A stretch of 63,956 bases of DNA, the filler included, from Psammoneis japonica (taxonomy: Eukaryota), in NCBI GenBank assembly GCA_008632985.1. It is 3 parts of 3 records of this genome, joined end to end, with 100 filler letters (N's around TTAATTAATTAA, not from the genome) between each part and the next. Parts side by side here need not be neighbours in the genome. Positions count along the whole stretch, not along the records: positions 1 to 26,671 come from QPGO01000419.1; 2 more parts are not named here. One strand, written 5' to 3'. Shown piece after piece: positions 10,620-24,149 of the stretch (positions within the stretch are counted from its first letter, which is position 1; every line of letters starts with the position of its first letter). The notes beneath the pieces are model-generated. The model was not told the DNA's origin. It worked only from the letters and a program-made list of their open reading frames with translations, and searched no databases. The translations under genes and the position numbers were made by a program.

Positions 10620-13600
10620 AGACCTCACCGCATCGACACTCGCAACAAATGCAAGTGAAGACCCATCAGTGGCAAAAAATGTCACCCAGATCTATGGTCT
10701 CTAGTGGTGGGGAATGGCTCCTGCATTCAAATCACTGTTCACAACTGTCTGAGCCACAGATGATTTGTTGATCTCCCAAGCAATTGCACACTGAGTTGGC
10801 CACCAATTCTGCACCCAACTTTTTTCCAACAGGAGGTGAGAATTGGGGGCCCAGCATCTGTGCAATGCCCCAAAGGGCACCAAAGATGCTTGCATTGGCC
10901 AGCAGTGCAGATGACATGGTCTGTGGCAATCTTAAAACCAGGGCAAGTGCAGTTAGAACTCTGCTCCATGACCCACTTGCAGCTTCACACTGTGCCGGTG
11001 TCAACTCAGCAGCCACAGAACCGCTTTGTCACAGTGAGCTTTGGAATCCTCCAACTGCTCTCCTGCCATTTTCTGTTCAGCCTTGCTCTTCTCATGTTTG
11101 AAACCATCCGTGGGAAGCTTTTCATGTTGGTCTTCAACTTTTGCATGCTGTTTCACTCAGTTGTCATGCTCAAGACACCTTGTGTGTCTCTGGCGCTGAT
11201 CGATGCTCTCGAATTGTGAAGTGGCTGTCTTCATCCGGAGAATTTCAAGCAGCATCCGTGCACTTGTTCTACAGCTCAACTTGTGCACAGCACCAACCAA
11301 GTGCAGAATCAAGTGTGGCAAAAAATGCTGGGTGTGCCTCCTTGAATTCCAGCAAAATGCTTTCACCTTTGACTTTCTAAGCTGTTGCAAGAAATGCAAA
11401 ACCCACTCCTTCTCCATCTCCAGCAGCTTGGCAAAGCCTGTTTCCAATTGTGCTGGCTTGCCAGCCAGCAGGTCTAAATCCCCCACAATGAACTCAAGCC
11501 ATTTGATGCTCCAGTGAGAAATGCAACAGGGCCCCAGCAAAGCATGGGTCCTGCTCACTGAGAAGAAGAATCAAAAATGTGTTGGACTCATTGAAGCAGT
11601 GTCATTTGATCTTGACCAACTCCCAGCATCCAGCTTCAAGCTCAGACAAGACTTGCTCACTTCATTTCTTGAACCACTTTGTCCTTTGCTTTCAACAAAG
11701 ATGCAAAATTTTTGAGAACAAGTTCTCCTGTTTTCTTCCACAAAAGTGGCTCAAATTTGAAAAAGAAACCATGTGCTTCCATCATCTCAAATCCTGGAAC
11801 TTTTGACAAAAGACCATTTTGTGAGGGCAAAGCTTTTGCCGGCTCAAAACACAAGCCCATCTCTGACCCAAATTGCACCATGACCCAGATGCCAGGCCCA
11901 AACATCAACTCAGTGCAATGCTCCAATGCACGCCCTTGGCATGAATTGCCCACCAACTGCTTTGCCATTTCTTGTGAGACAATGAATGACAAAAAAGTTT
12001 CTTCCCTGCCACAGTCTGCATGACACAGCAAAAGGAGGTGCTTGCAAATTTGTTGGTTGACACACCATCAACGCTGCTGTCATTCCACACAACAGATTTC
12101 TTCTGCCACAAAGATCAGCCAGTGCTTTGTGTCCTTTCAGTCCATTGCAGAAAGACTGGATGAGCCAGCAAGAATGATCACAATTTTCTTTGTGGTTGTT
12201 TTGGCCCACATGGTCACCAAATGCAGCAAGCAACACCCACATCATGACCAGGTTTGTAATGTGAAAAGAATCATCCAAAAAAATCACCCGCCACGTAGCA
12301 CAATTTGCCCACCACAGAAGATTGAGAAGTGGCAGCACTGCCTTCTTAAAAATCTTGTGGGCAGTTTTGAAAGCATGTTGGGAGCATTGTCTGTGGCCAC
12401 CCTCTGTCACAGTGTTCAAATGCATTGGCAGTTCCAAGGCTCTCTGTTGGGGCAGCAACATGGCAGCTTTGGTGGCAGCAAGATTGGCGTGCAACACTTT
12501 GTTCCTCCAAAATGCTTGGAGTTGACATCACAGGAACAACATGGCATGCTGTTTCCATGCCAGTTCTTTGCTGTTACATTCTTCCTGAAATTGTCCTGCA
12601 GATGAAAAGTGCCAACCACATCTGGTTGTCACAGATGGTCTCAAAAGGTTGACAAAAACACAAACTCATCTTTCACATGGGATCTTCCAAGAAAGTGTGT
12701 GCTGCAAGGGATTGCAAGAGCCCACCAACTCAGATGAAGGAACTCATGGCAAAAATGAATGTGACAAATGACATGCACAGCAAAGTCTCAGATGCCCCAT
12801 GTTTTGCCTTGCAAGTGGGTGAAGTTTTGATGGAGCAAAACACTCTTGTCTCAACTGTGCCACTTCACATGATCCAGCAAGTCCACCAACTGCTCATTGT
12901 CCAATGATTTCAAAATTCAGCATTGAAGAATTTCTTCATGGACAACCTGGACATTCTGCCTTGATGTCTGCAACTCACAATTGCCCATCTCCATGTTGCA
13001 CTTTGTGATGGTGTCCTCTGATGATGGCTCAAAACCACACTTTGCACTGGCTCCAAATGCCAACTGCTCTGCAACATTTTCATTGATGTTGTCTGCAGGA
13101 ACACTTCACAAAAAGATGAAAGTTTAGAGAAGCTGAGGGAAATTGTCCAAATGTTTGAAAAAAACATCTGGGAGCTGCTTCTTCTTAAATCTTGACAAGG
13201 TGAATGCATTGGAGCCTTTTCTTGGAAAGGCAGGCAATGAAATCTCCCTGTCACACACATTGTGGCTTGTGGTCACAAATCAACACAATTGACAACTTGA
13301 TGGACTTGGGAAGTGTTTTGTTTGGGTTGCTCTCCTTCCCTTTTTCTTCTCAGCAAAGGATGTCTTGTGCAGCAAGGAAGCTTGCATTCTCCTGAGAATG
13401 CCAAATGCATTTTGTTAGACTCCCTGCAAAAGGAGAATGTGTGAGAGATTTTTGTGTCATTCTTGAACAGAGTTGAAAATGATTTCATTGATCATTTGCA
13501 TGAGGTCACCAGTGGAGTGTCTTGGCCCATTGAGCATGCCGTCAACTTTTTCACATGTCATCTGTCAGACAGTGAGATTGCTTCACAAAGAGAAGGAAGG

Positions 13601-16600
13601 ATTTCTTGTGCAACTTGGCCCCTTTTGTGGAAACACCTCAGTCTTGGTGCCAATGAAGAAATGAATCCTCTCAAAAGGATGAAAAAGGACACAAGAGACT
13701 TTTGTTTGGAGTTGATTTGAGTTGCTGCCTTGCCGCTGCCTCTGTTGCCTGCAAAAAGGATTGATGGAAAATTCTGAGGTTTCCAAGGCAAAGTCATGAC
13801 ACTGGAAGTGTGCAGTGTGTTTCTTTTGCATGTGCAGCAAAGGAATGCAAACCATCATCTTTTGGTCAACCCCCTCCCCCCATCATGACTGCAAAGAATG
13901 TCATGAATGCTTGACTTCCCTTTTGGACCTCTCTGCAGAACGCATGTCCACTCAGGCATGGGGACAGAATCCTGGCAATGTGCCAGAGGTCATGATGCCA
14001 CATGTTCTTTGCCAGCATGTCAGTGAGGAGCTCCACTGCAAACCTTGGTCTCTTGGCAAGTGTCCACCTTTCTTGAGAGGATCCATCATCAGTGATGACA
14101 CTTTTTCCTCAAAGATCTTCAAAGTCTTTCCAAAGATCACGTGCACCCCAGCAACTGGAAATTGGATTGCTCCACTGTGCAAATTCAATGACAATCTATC
14201 CTCTGCTGGTTCTGAGGATGTCAACCCATGAAACTTGCCCAAAGTCATTGTGTTGCTCAGGAATGGAGCATTCTGCATTCTTTGGCCCAAGTCTTCTTCT
14301 GTCAACCTGCTGTTTAAAATGAACAAATGTGTCATCATTGAAGTGCAGCTCAAGAGCAGAAAGCAGAAGGTCAATTTGGCCATGCTGGTGGAAGAGCTTC
14401 AGAATCATGCTGTCTGTGCTGCAACAAAAGGAGCATTTTGTTTGCATTGATTGGGCTGACAATGGTGGAGGAAGAGCCACCAGTTGGCGAGCTCATCACT
14501 GACAATGCAAGCAACAGGATTTAACTGCATTGTGGCAAAGGGACTGCTTTTGCTGGTGTTCTGGTCCCCACTAATTTGGAAGTTGTTTTTGTTCTGACAA
14601 CAGGCCTGGAGACATTTTTGATGAAAGAGGATGTTCAAATCCTGCCGAAAGACAAACTGGATTTGCGACATGGCCTTGGCAACATGGTGGCCTTCAAAAC
14701 ACACCCCTGTGGTGGGGGAGCTGTGTGTGTGTTCGTGATTGCACGCGCACGTTGAGTTTCAATGTTGATGTCCACATGCATGTGCACATTCCACAAGCAA
14801 AAATTCCTGTTCCACAGCTCCCCTAAAACTCTGACCACCAAAAACCAAGGGTGCAGAAACGCACTTTTTGGAAGACAGCGCGCACACCAAAACATCACGC
14901 GTTTCGACGACTCGACCATGACGACCTCCCGTTCTTCATCCCCCACACCACCTGATGTGTGCCCGCCTGCCGTTCCTGATGCAGCAGTCTCTCCCCATGT
15001 TGGCCGGTGCCATCAAACCTGCTGTTGTAACCCAAACACAGCAGATTTGCAATCCTGAAGTTTGGGCCCACTTTCATCGGATCCAAAATTGACCGTGGAC
15101 GACATTGCCACCATTTGTCATTGAGTGCCACAATCAAGCACAATGCAACAACAAGGCAAAACCATCCCACTCATGCTCTGACTGATGTGGATGCAAGCAG
15201 GCCTGGTGGTGGCAGAGCGAGGCGATTTTGCTTGGAACAACAAAGGCATGGGATCAACAAGCACCAATGCACTGGTCGATGCTCCTTGCATGGGCGTGGG
15301 CATGGCAGAGGAGCGTCTGTGATGGGAGGCACGGTGACAACTTTTCTCAGGATGATTGTTCCCAAGCAGAACATCCTCTGTCTGGAGGTGATTGAGGCTC
15401 ACCCAGAGCCCAGCGGAACCAATCGGAGCCAACAACAGGTGTCAAGATGAACTGCAGCAACATGTGAAGGAGGATGCAGCCAATGGAACACGGGGGCAGA
15501 GAAGGTGCCGGCATGCAAAGTGGCAGCACAGCTGTCAACATGGCACTGGTTTTGAAGGTCTAACAGTGACAAACACAGAAAGCATTTGCCAAAAGCACGT
15601 TGCTGCCTGCCTCCATTTTAGCAACCTACAAAAACAGCATGTTGTGCATCACATGTGGAATTCAAATGGCGAGAGTGGCCTCTCATGGAATTGCACATGA
15701 TGACCCAGTCCTGGAAAACAGAGCAGTGTCCAAGCCACATGCACCACTTGAAACCTTGCCAAGTCGCCTGCAAACAAATGCCAGTTTGCTGACCTCTCCA
15801 ACTTGAAACTAAAAACCATGAAAGCATGCCTGCCATCTAATTGTTGTCAGGTTTCTAATTTACAGAGAGCTGCACAATGTGTCTATACATTCTAAAGATT
15901 AGACTGCACTCAAGAGCTGACCAAGAGGCGCTGTTTATGTCCATCATGTGTCGTCCATCAGCAGGCCATGGTTGCGTGGGTTTCCTGGTCCGCCGTCATC
16001 CATTGTGCTCCTTCTAAAGCAAAAACAATGACAGCATCAACAGCACCTGTGGCAGCAAGGGTGGGGTTGACAGTGTCGAGCATGCCAGGGGGCCGAAACG
16101 CAGGTGCGGCGTTGGAATTCGTGACAGTGTCTGTGGGAGGCGGTGGGGCGAGAATGAAAGAAGTGTGAGTTGTTGGCATTTCATTGTGGACAACAACAGT
16201 GTCAACAGCACCTGCAGCAGCAAGGGCAGGAGCAACAGCATTGGGCATGCTGGGGGCCCGAAATGCAGGTGTGGCTTTGGAATTCGTGACAGCATCTGTG
16301 GGAGGCGGTGGAGCATGCAAACAACAGTGAGAGTTTGCAGCATCTTGTTTTGCATGTGTCACACCCACAAGAACTGGAATGATGACATCACCTGTTGTGT
16401 CAGTGTTGTTGGCAATGGCATCAGCAGGATCGGCATCCTGGGAAGGCGATGGGGAAGAACCACGAGGCATCATCATGGTCAAGTTGTCAAAACGCGTGTT
16501 TTTTGTGCGGAGAAAAGAGCTGCCAAAAGTGCACTTCCGCACCCTCGGTTTTTGGTGGTCAGAGTTTTAGTGGAGAATGTGGCTCAGGATTTTTCCTGCT

Positions 16601-17700
16601 GCTGTTAGCATTTGTGTACAAATTCATGAACAAATGTAAGAACATTTGCATGAAAATGTGATGAATGAGATGTAACTGCCACGCAACCATGACATCACCA
16701 CATTCTCCCCTGCCACAGGGGTGTTCAAAACAACAGGGAGGATGCCACGTGCCGCCCAAAAGAATTGATCCCTCAAAGAAACCTGCAGTGACTTGAGCAT
16801 TTGAGAGGGTGACTCATGCATGGCCATCCCACCACCCATTCCGATGGATTCTCCTCCACACAGCAGGTTCCTCATGGCAGGTTCCTGTCAGCACAACACA
16901 GACTTCAACATGGGCTGTTCTCCATGAACCTTTTGTGCCACCAATTTCATTCTGTGTTGGACCTGAGTGTTTAAAACATGATGCAGTCTTGGACAGTTGG
17001 TGGCACTGGGTGGAAAACCCCTGCATTTGGCACAATGCATGGCCAACACTGGGTTTCATTCTTGCCACCAACGATTTGAGCCCGTCTTGAGAAACTGACA
17101 CAGTGGCCAACTTGCACTGGCTCAGAGTCAAGAACTCTGTGATGTGTGCCATGTTCACTTGGCTCTCATTCAAACTCTCTTTTGGCTTTGTTGAGGATGA
17201 CCACGACACACGTTGCCCCCCCCCCCCTCCCGCTCCATCAGAGCAAATGACCCCAAAACCTGCTGCCTGCTGCTGTTGTCTGTGCTGCGGGTGCAGGGGT
17301 CACTGCAGATGAGCTGGGCCTTGATGGATTGATGCACAAGTGAAATAAAAACCAGATTGGAGCACTCAGGCTCTTGCTTGTGTCCTTGTGTGATCCACTC
17401 TTCTTGCTGAGTGGGTTCAATCCTTTGGCTTCCAGGTGGATGGCAGTCGCAGCTGCAGTGCGGACTCGCCCAATGCAGCAGTCTGTCTACTCCATTCCCT
17501 CTTGAGTGTCATTCTCTCATTTGATCCACAGCACTTTGTTTCTTGTTCATTGGACAATCACATCAAGCTTGTGGAGCTTTCAGCACAAGTTCTCTGTGTC
17601 TTGCTGGACTCTGGATTCCCTGGCAGTCCTGAGGCGTCAAGAACCCTGGCGACGAACCCATTGTAGAATTTCAGGTTGCTGGCAAGAACACTGCATCACA
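10620..17700. mobile_element. Large degenerate TpA- and CpG-depleted repeat block (unidentified TE relics)
   Basis: Near absence of TA and CG over about 7 kb, with an internal inverted-repeat pair and direct repeats. No intact domain could be recognised. Confidence 0.5.
14697..16727. repeat. Imperfect inverted repeat pair (about 14697-14945 and 16450-16727)
   Basis: CTAAAACTCTGACCACCAAAAACC(A/G)AGGGTGC...CACGCGTTT(C/T)GAC(G/A)ACT(C/T)GACCATGA and CACCCCTGTGG occur on + in the first arm and on - in the second. Confidence 0.75.
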
Positions 17701-18088
17701 TTGATACAAATTGAAGCACGCAGAACCATTTATTTCGAGTAGCTTCGATCTAGGTGCGTGCACGAATCGAAACCAAATCGAACGACGAGCACCTTCGATC
17801 GGCATGTTCTCGCCTGTGGCCCGCGCCGCGGAGTAGAAACGAATCGTGTTACAGTGCAGTAGGTGCGTAGCGGTACATACGTCCGACCACACACGACTGA
17901 CTCCCCGAGCACAAGGAATGCCGCACGCTCACGAACTCGCACCGTGTGCCAGAAAGCAAGGGGAGTTGAGAGTGGTATCTTGAATTTCGGCAACTGTTCC
18001 TTTGCACCATAATTTTCTGTGGAAGCGATTTCGCAGCTTGTGTTTACGACGAAACCAGTACGGTAGTGGGAGGAAGACGATTCTTCAA

Positions 18089-21067
18089 ATGGTTCCAAAA
18101 GCGTTGCTCCTCCTGTTGTGCGTGAGCCCGTTGTTTTCTAAGGTTCATGGCGAAAGCGTAAGAGACGGCAACGGAGGTAACTGCGTCAACGTTACTTCCT
18201 GCCGACCTCGATGCGTCACTTTTCGACTTGACCGCACCAAAACCGACTGTGATAAAGCCGAGGGCGTCTTCGCGGAGCAATCTGAGCCCAATCCTTGGGA
18301 TATCCATGAGTTCCGCTCGTTGAATTGTGAATCTGCTGGCACTTGTTTTAACAGCAAGTGTGGTCAAGACTTGCTGGGTAATGTGACGCTGCGCATCAGC
18401 GAGGATGGAGACCTTGGGTCTCCGTTCGTCACGAACGTCGAGTTGAAGGACACTCAAGAAAGATTCACGTTTTGTTCGGTATACCCCTGTCCAAATGAAG
18501 AGTGTGCATTGCCAGAGCAAATGGTATGTTGCCTTGCGATACTTATATTGATTTTCTCCTTATCACAAAAAAAAAACTGAAACCGTCCAATTTGCATACT
18601 ACCTTAGGGATCGGAGTTACGACTCGAAATTCACGAAGGAAGTAGCGGGCAGCCAAGTGACGAATATCTGCTTGCCTTGGTAGGTTTCGAACCTCTTTTA
18701 TGTACTTCTCTGGAATGCATCCGAGAAAAGCTTTTCTCACACACATTGGAAACTCGCATATAGGAGCTCTCCCTAACGGCGTCTTTTGCCGGATCTGCGT
18801 TTCACGAAGCCGTAGACAACAGGTATGGACCGTTGTATCTGGAATGGATGGATGATCCCACTGGATGTCGGCATGGCGCATTATCGGATTTTGCGCCAAT
18901 TGCACCGCCTGCTGAGCCCTTGGTTGCTACGAATTTGACTGAGGTTGAAGCCGGCTTGTACTGCGAAGGTGATACGTACGATCTATCGCCACTCCCACAA
19001 GCTATGACACCGAGCGCAGCACCGAGTCTTGCACCCACGACGACTGCAACATGGACTTCCGAAGAACTCGACCAAATTGAGGCCCTACAAGCCTTTTATA
19101 ACTCGACCCACATGGGGCATCACCAATCCAAGCGCTTTCATAACTGGTTCACGGTTGACGATTACTGTGATTTCACAGGTATCGTCTGCGATGCAAATGG
19201 TTTTGTAACGAGCATTGATCTTACTAACAAGAGGCTTTCAGGAATCCTTCCGACATCGTCCTGGGAGCTTTTGAGGCAAACTCCAAACTCTCAAGCTTGT
19301 CGGAAACCTGATTGAAGGCAGCATCCCTTCCCAGCTCGCACAGTTGAGTCATCTTACTCATTTGGAATTGGCAGTAAACAACCTCTCCGGCCCAATTCCC
19401 GACGCTCTCTCGTCCCTGAACCAGATTCGCCGCCTCATGCTGCAGTACAACAAGCTTAACGGTACCATCCCAGAGTCTGTCTGCGATTTGACGAAGCTCC
19501 TTGCATTTGACATTTCGGGAAACAAAGCCATGCATGGCGAGATTCCTTCATGCCTTGGTACACTTCCTTTGGAAGTTCTCCGAGTCGAGGACGTTGGTCT
19601 CGTGGGTGAAGTCCCGCCGGCATTATGTGCTGTGCGCAACATCAATGGACTCGAACCGAATCGCTATGGGTGCGAGGGTATTGCTTGTCCAGCTGGATAC
19701 TACGAACCTATTTTGGGGAGAAAGAACAATGCCAATAGCCAGTGCCTCACATGTGTCGCGCCCTCCAATGTAATTGGGTCGACGAAATGCATGCTTTTGG
19801 AAGGCAACGATGTCGTAACACAAGCTCCGTCGAGCAGCCCGGCACCAAGCGGTGTTCCATCATTCAGTGCTTCTCCGACCATGAGCTTTTCACCAAGCGC
19901 TGTTCCATCTGCGAGTCTTTACCAACCATCAGCATCATGCCTACTGTGGGTTCTTCAAACACGCCTTCTGGAGTTGAGACTCTTTCTTCAGCGCCAAGCG
20001 CTAGTAAGGAAGGTTATTCAGCGAATCCATCTGCGGCTCCCAGCCTGCATCCGTCTTCACCTCCCACGTCAGTCCCAACAATATTTCGACAGCCCCCTTG
20101 ACACCCGCTCCATCCCAAGCAGACACTCCAAGCCTGACCAAAGCCAATTCCACAAAACTTCATGAGGTATCTGTAGACTTGATGCTCCTCTTTGCGAACA
20201 TTACAACGAAGCTGACTGACTCAGCCGACAAGGCAGCTTTTAACCATGCTACCAAGACCTTTTTGAACCATCAGCTGCCGGTGGAGGTACACGTTATTCA
20301 CGATGTTCTTATTGTTTCGCAGTTTCTGCACGAGCCAGAGAGCGAAAGTGATGGAATTGTGCACTTTACTTTCCGACACCTATCTCAAGCGGCTCTACAC
20401 ATCAAGATCAGAGTCCAGGGAGAAACGAGCGATACTGACAACGCGTTCAAGATGGCGATTGAGCAGTCCCTGAAAGAACAGTATGGCTCATACATACACA
20501 AGCTTTCCAAAGACATTGATTCCTTCGCAACGCCGGTTGGTAGCCAAGGTGGTGGAAAGGACAACATTAATTGGGCACTGCTTGTTGTAGCTGTAGTCTT
20601 GTCTGTCGTGGCAGTTGCAACGCTACTGGTGGTTCGCCAACTTCACGGCAGAGACCGCTTTTCAGCAGAGGGGCAAAACGCAGGAGCCCACTGGTCGAAA
20701 ACGAAAAATGTACGTCTTGAATCACCACAACGAAGGCATACAATGCCGCTTGCTCAGCAGTAATATCCTCACAAGCAGTTTTCATTGAACTTTTCTTTCA
20801 CAGAAGCGACATTTGTTTAGTTTTGGTGGAAGAGGAAAAGGTCGTCCACCGGTTGAAGGCGGCTCCTTGTCTGACGAGAGTAGCGCGGGTTGGAGATCAG
20901 GCGAAGGGTCAGAGGAAGGTGAATTTGTCAATCCGGTCCATGACAGTGAAAGCATTGAGTCAGCCCAAGAGTGGACCATTGACCCGCTGGACCAAATGAC
21001 AGAGTACGATGGTGACAACACGTCAAGAACCCCCAGCACCACGGAACAATCCATTGCTGTTGTATGA
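18089..21067 (+). CDS. Leucine-rich-repeat receptor-like type I membrane protein
   Basis: Signal peptide MVPKALLLLLCVSPLFSKVHG; LRRNT (ALQAFYNST...NW...YCDFTGIVC); LRRs (LELAVNNLSGPIP, LMLQYNKLNGTIP); PSxxPS linker; TM helix WALLVVAVVLSVVAVATLLVV. Probable introns at about 18524 and 20760-20803; frameshifts present. Confidence 0.8.
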
Positions 21068-21279
21068 GCAAGCGGCGTCGTGGTTTTCCTAATTCTTCTC
21101 GGTAAACATTACAATGAAGAAGACATTGATTCTCTTTTTCCTCCCAAGAAATGACGCATAAATGCACACATAACTCTTGTTCGAGTCCCACCTTAGAAGA
21201 CGTAGTAGATCCCCATAAGAACACTTTGCCGCTGTTTCTATAACATGTGAGACTGCAAAAGGTTCAGCAATGACCATCG

Positions 21280-23830
21280 CATTACGAGCACCAAGCATTC
21301 TGCAAAAGTTCCACGACGCACCCTTTTCTTTCCAACAACGGTGGCGAGCAACGAGCTACGACAAAAGGCAGGCATGGCATGCACACAAGAGAAACTGGTG
21401 ATCTTCCAACTTCCAACTTCCAATTGCCATCGCGCTGCTGAGACAGGCGGCCGGGCAGCCAGAACATGAAGTGGGGTGGTTGTTGCAGAGCAACAATCGT
21501 TCTCACACCACAACATCACCACTTGCTGGGGTTGCAGCACATGTCAGTGGCAGCCCTGGAATGAGCTTGTCTTCTTTGAGGATGGTTGAATCTGTCAAGT
21601 TAACAACAACACAGGCAGGGTGCTTGCATGGGCCATCCAGACCATCTGGTCCAAGTTTGTGATCACAAATGACATCCCAATGTTTTTCCCACAATGAAGT
21701 TGACAGGCAGCATGACATGAGCAGTGACAGCCAGGGCATCAATGGTGGGCAGACTGACATTGATTGGCACATGACCTGTGTTGCTGTTGGGAGATTGGCG
21801 CACAATGTTGATGTGAGCAGCTGGTGGTTTGTTCAGCTGCTGGAGGCATTTCATCATTGTGATTGGTGTGGTCTGCTTCCAAGCAGGCATGATGTGGAGT
21901 GCATCTCATTCAAGTGCCACTTGCTCAGCTGATGGCAGGGCACTCAGTTGGCACCACAAGAGAATGTCAGCGGCTTTGCAGTTCATGGCATCATTGCACA
22001 TTTGCAGAATTGTGCCACAATGCTCAAGGTCACTGCCTCATCTCATTTGCTCTTCAAGAACAATGGCAAGGCTGTGAACAGGAGCATCAGCAAAAAACAA
22101 CAGTTTGAGAAAGTTTTGAAATGCAATCAGACCACATGCACGTGCTGGCTTGACTTTCTTTGGAGCCTCTGAGTCAAATGTTGATTTTGTTGTTGCAACA
22201 GAAGGAATCTGTCCAAGGCTGCCACAGAAAGCAAAAGCTGGGACACCACCACATGGATGATTGCCTGGAGTTGAAGGTGCCACAGGAGTTGCCTTTTTTG
22301 CTCTGCCATTGATGGCATTGATGTCAGGGGGTCAACACCATCAGCCAGAGGAGCTTGTGTCTCCTTTTGAGTTGACAGCCACACAAAGTTGGAAAGACCA
22401 GTCATGGAATCCTTGTTTGTCAAAAAGGCTTTGGCGTTCTGTGCAGATCTTGAGCTTCAGTTGGATGGGGGTGGGCAAACTTTCTTGCCAACTGGAATTT
22501 TGAAAGTGTGCAGATTGGTGGAGCCAATGATGATGATGGCTGTGGTGCTGGTGGGAGTGGCACCAAGATCACATTCAATGGCACAGGACAATGGCCTCTT
22601 GGGCAATGCTTTGCACAGTCTTGATGCAAAAGGTCTTCCCTGTGCCAGGGTTTTTTGGCACTTTGAGCTGGAGAGACTGATGAGTGTCATCCCCCAATGC
22701 TTCTGTCCTTTTCTCTGGGTTGAGCAAGTTCTGCCAGTGCTTGCTGCAGTTGGATCCCCAGGCATTGCCCATTTGTTGCTGCAATGTTGCAGATGAAATG
22801 CTCTTGGAAAGGCAAGATGCAATCATGCTGGGTTTTGCATGCATGTCAACAAAATCTCCATGAGAAAAAACAAAATTTTTGGCTTTGACTGGCTGGCTGT
22901 GGTTGGCTCAGGTTTGGGTCACTCAGTGTGTTGTGCAATCCTTGCATTTTCTGACATGCATGAGAGATGAGAGTTCCAGTCATCGACAGAGCCTGGCAGG
23001 GCTGAAAAACTGCACACACAGTCCAGCCAAGAGTCTGAGAAGCTTCCAAAACTCAGCACCTCATTCTGTGTCTCAGCTCTTCTGGGTTGCTTGTGCACCA
23101 TAATGACAATGTTGGCTCAACTTCTCTGGACTCTGGGTGAAAGCTCAATGGCAACAGGGAGCTTCCAGGTTCCAAATGGCTTGTGGTGCCACCCAAAAAC
23201 AACATCCTGCCATTGTCTGGCAACTCTGAATGCCCTTTTTGTGTGGCAACAAGTGGTGCATCCCCCCCCCCCCCCCTGCACCTGCAGGAGGGATCCAATG
23301 CAATCACTGGATCTCTCCCCACAGCAGGAATCACCCTTGACCCACAATTGACTTTCAGAAAAGTGTTCTCTCATTGGGTCTTTTCGCTGTCATTCCTGAG
23401 AGTCGTGTGCTTGTGTGTGCTTTTCCACCAAAAATGGGAATGGCAGCAGAACATTGAAGTTGCCCATTGAATGTACAATGTCTGTTGACATTGACACTCA
23501 CTTGAGAACCAAACAGCATCATTCTCATTTTGGGTGACATGTGGATTTGCGTGCAAAATTGAGAAGAGGGCTCCAATCTTCTTCCGATCCCATGCACATG
23601 AAGACACCTTTTCCATCTGGAGTGATTCCCACTGTGGGGAGAGATCCATGATCACCACATGATTGATCACAGGGCATTGAACTCTGCTCTTTTCCCACTC
23701 TCCAACCTGTCATTTTGCATTTGGCGGGCTGGGCTGGTGTGGACTGGGGTCACCTGGTTCTTCAGAAGTGTGCAGGGCTGCTGGGCAGAGCTGGGTTGAG
23801 CAACTCTTGCTGGGGAGTGCTTCAGTGCCT
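21280..23830 (-). mobile_element. Degenerate PIF1-like helicase, probably a Helitron-type relic, TpA-depleted
   Basis: Walker A NPGTGKTF (about 22640), ATPTSTTAIIIIGSTNLHTFKIPV (motif Ia-like), CGGVPAFAFCGSLGQIPSV (motif III-like) and C-terminal HVML.VNF...HPACVVV, in correct PIF1 order across frames. Boundaries are approximate. Confidence 0.68.
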
Positions 23831-24149
23831 CTTACATCTGCAGTTGTTCACAAACACTCTCCTCTCAGGAAGCTGACAAATTCGTGTGCAATGTGGTCGA
23901 TGCGTCAACAACGTCAAATCAAAACCAGCACCTCCAAAAATCTGCCGCCGCGCCGCGCGCGGCACCAGGCGAGCTATCGATCGCGCGCCCACCATGCGCC
24001 GCCGACGCAGTGTTGGTGAGCGGACGAGTGGATGGGCCATGGGCCGGCCATGCATCAATTCAGGTGACGGGTCTGCCACAAGCTTCGTTGTCGCTGTTCT
24101 TGGACAGTCTTTTACTCGTAACGCATTGGATTGTCGGTTTGAGTCTCGA

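Noticed and set aside
10620..17700. Numerous Cys/His-rich ORFs as novel metal-binding proteins
   Set aside because: They overlap in all frames and are explained by TA->TG/CA loss of stop and Tyr codons.
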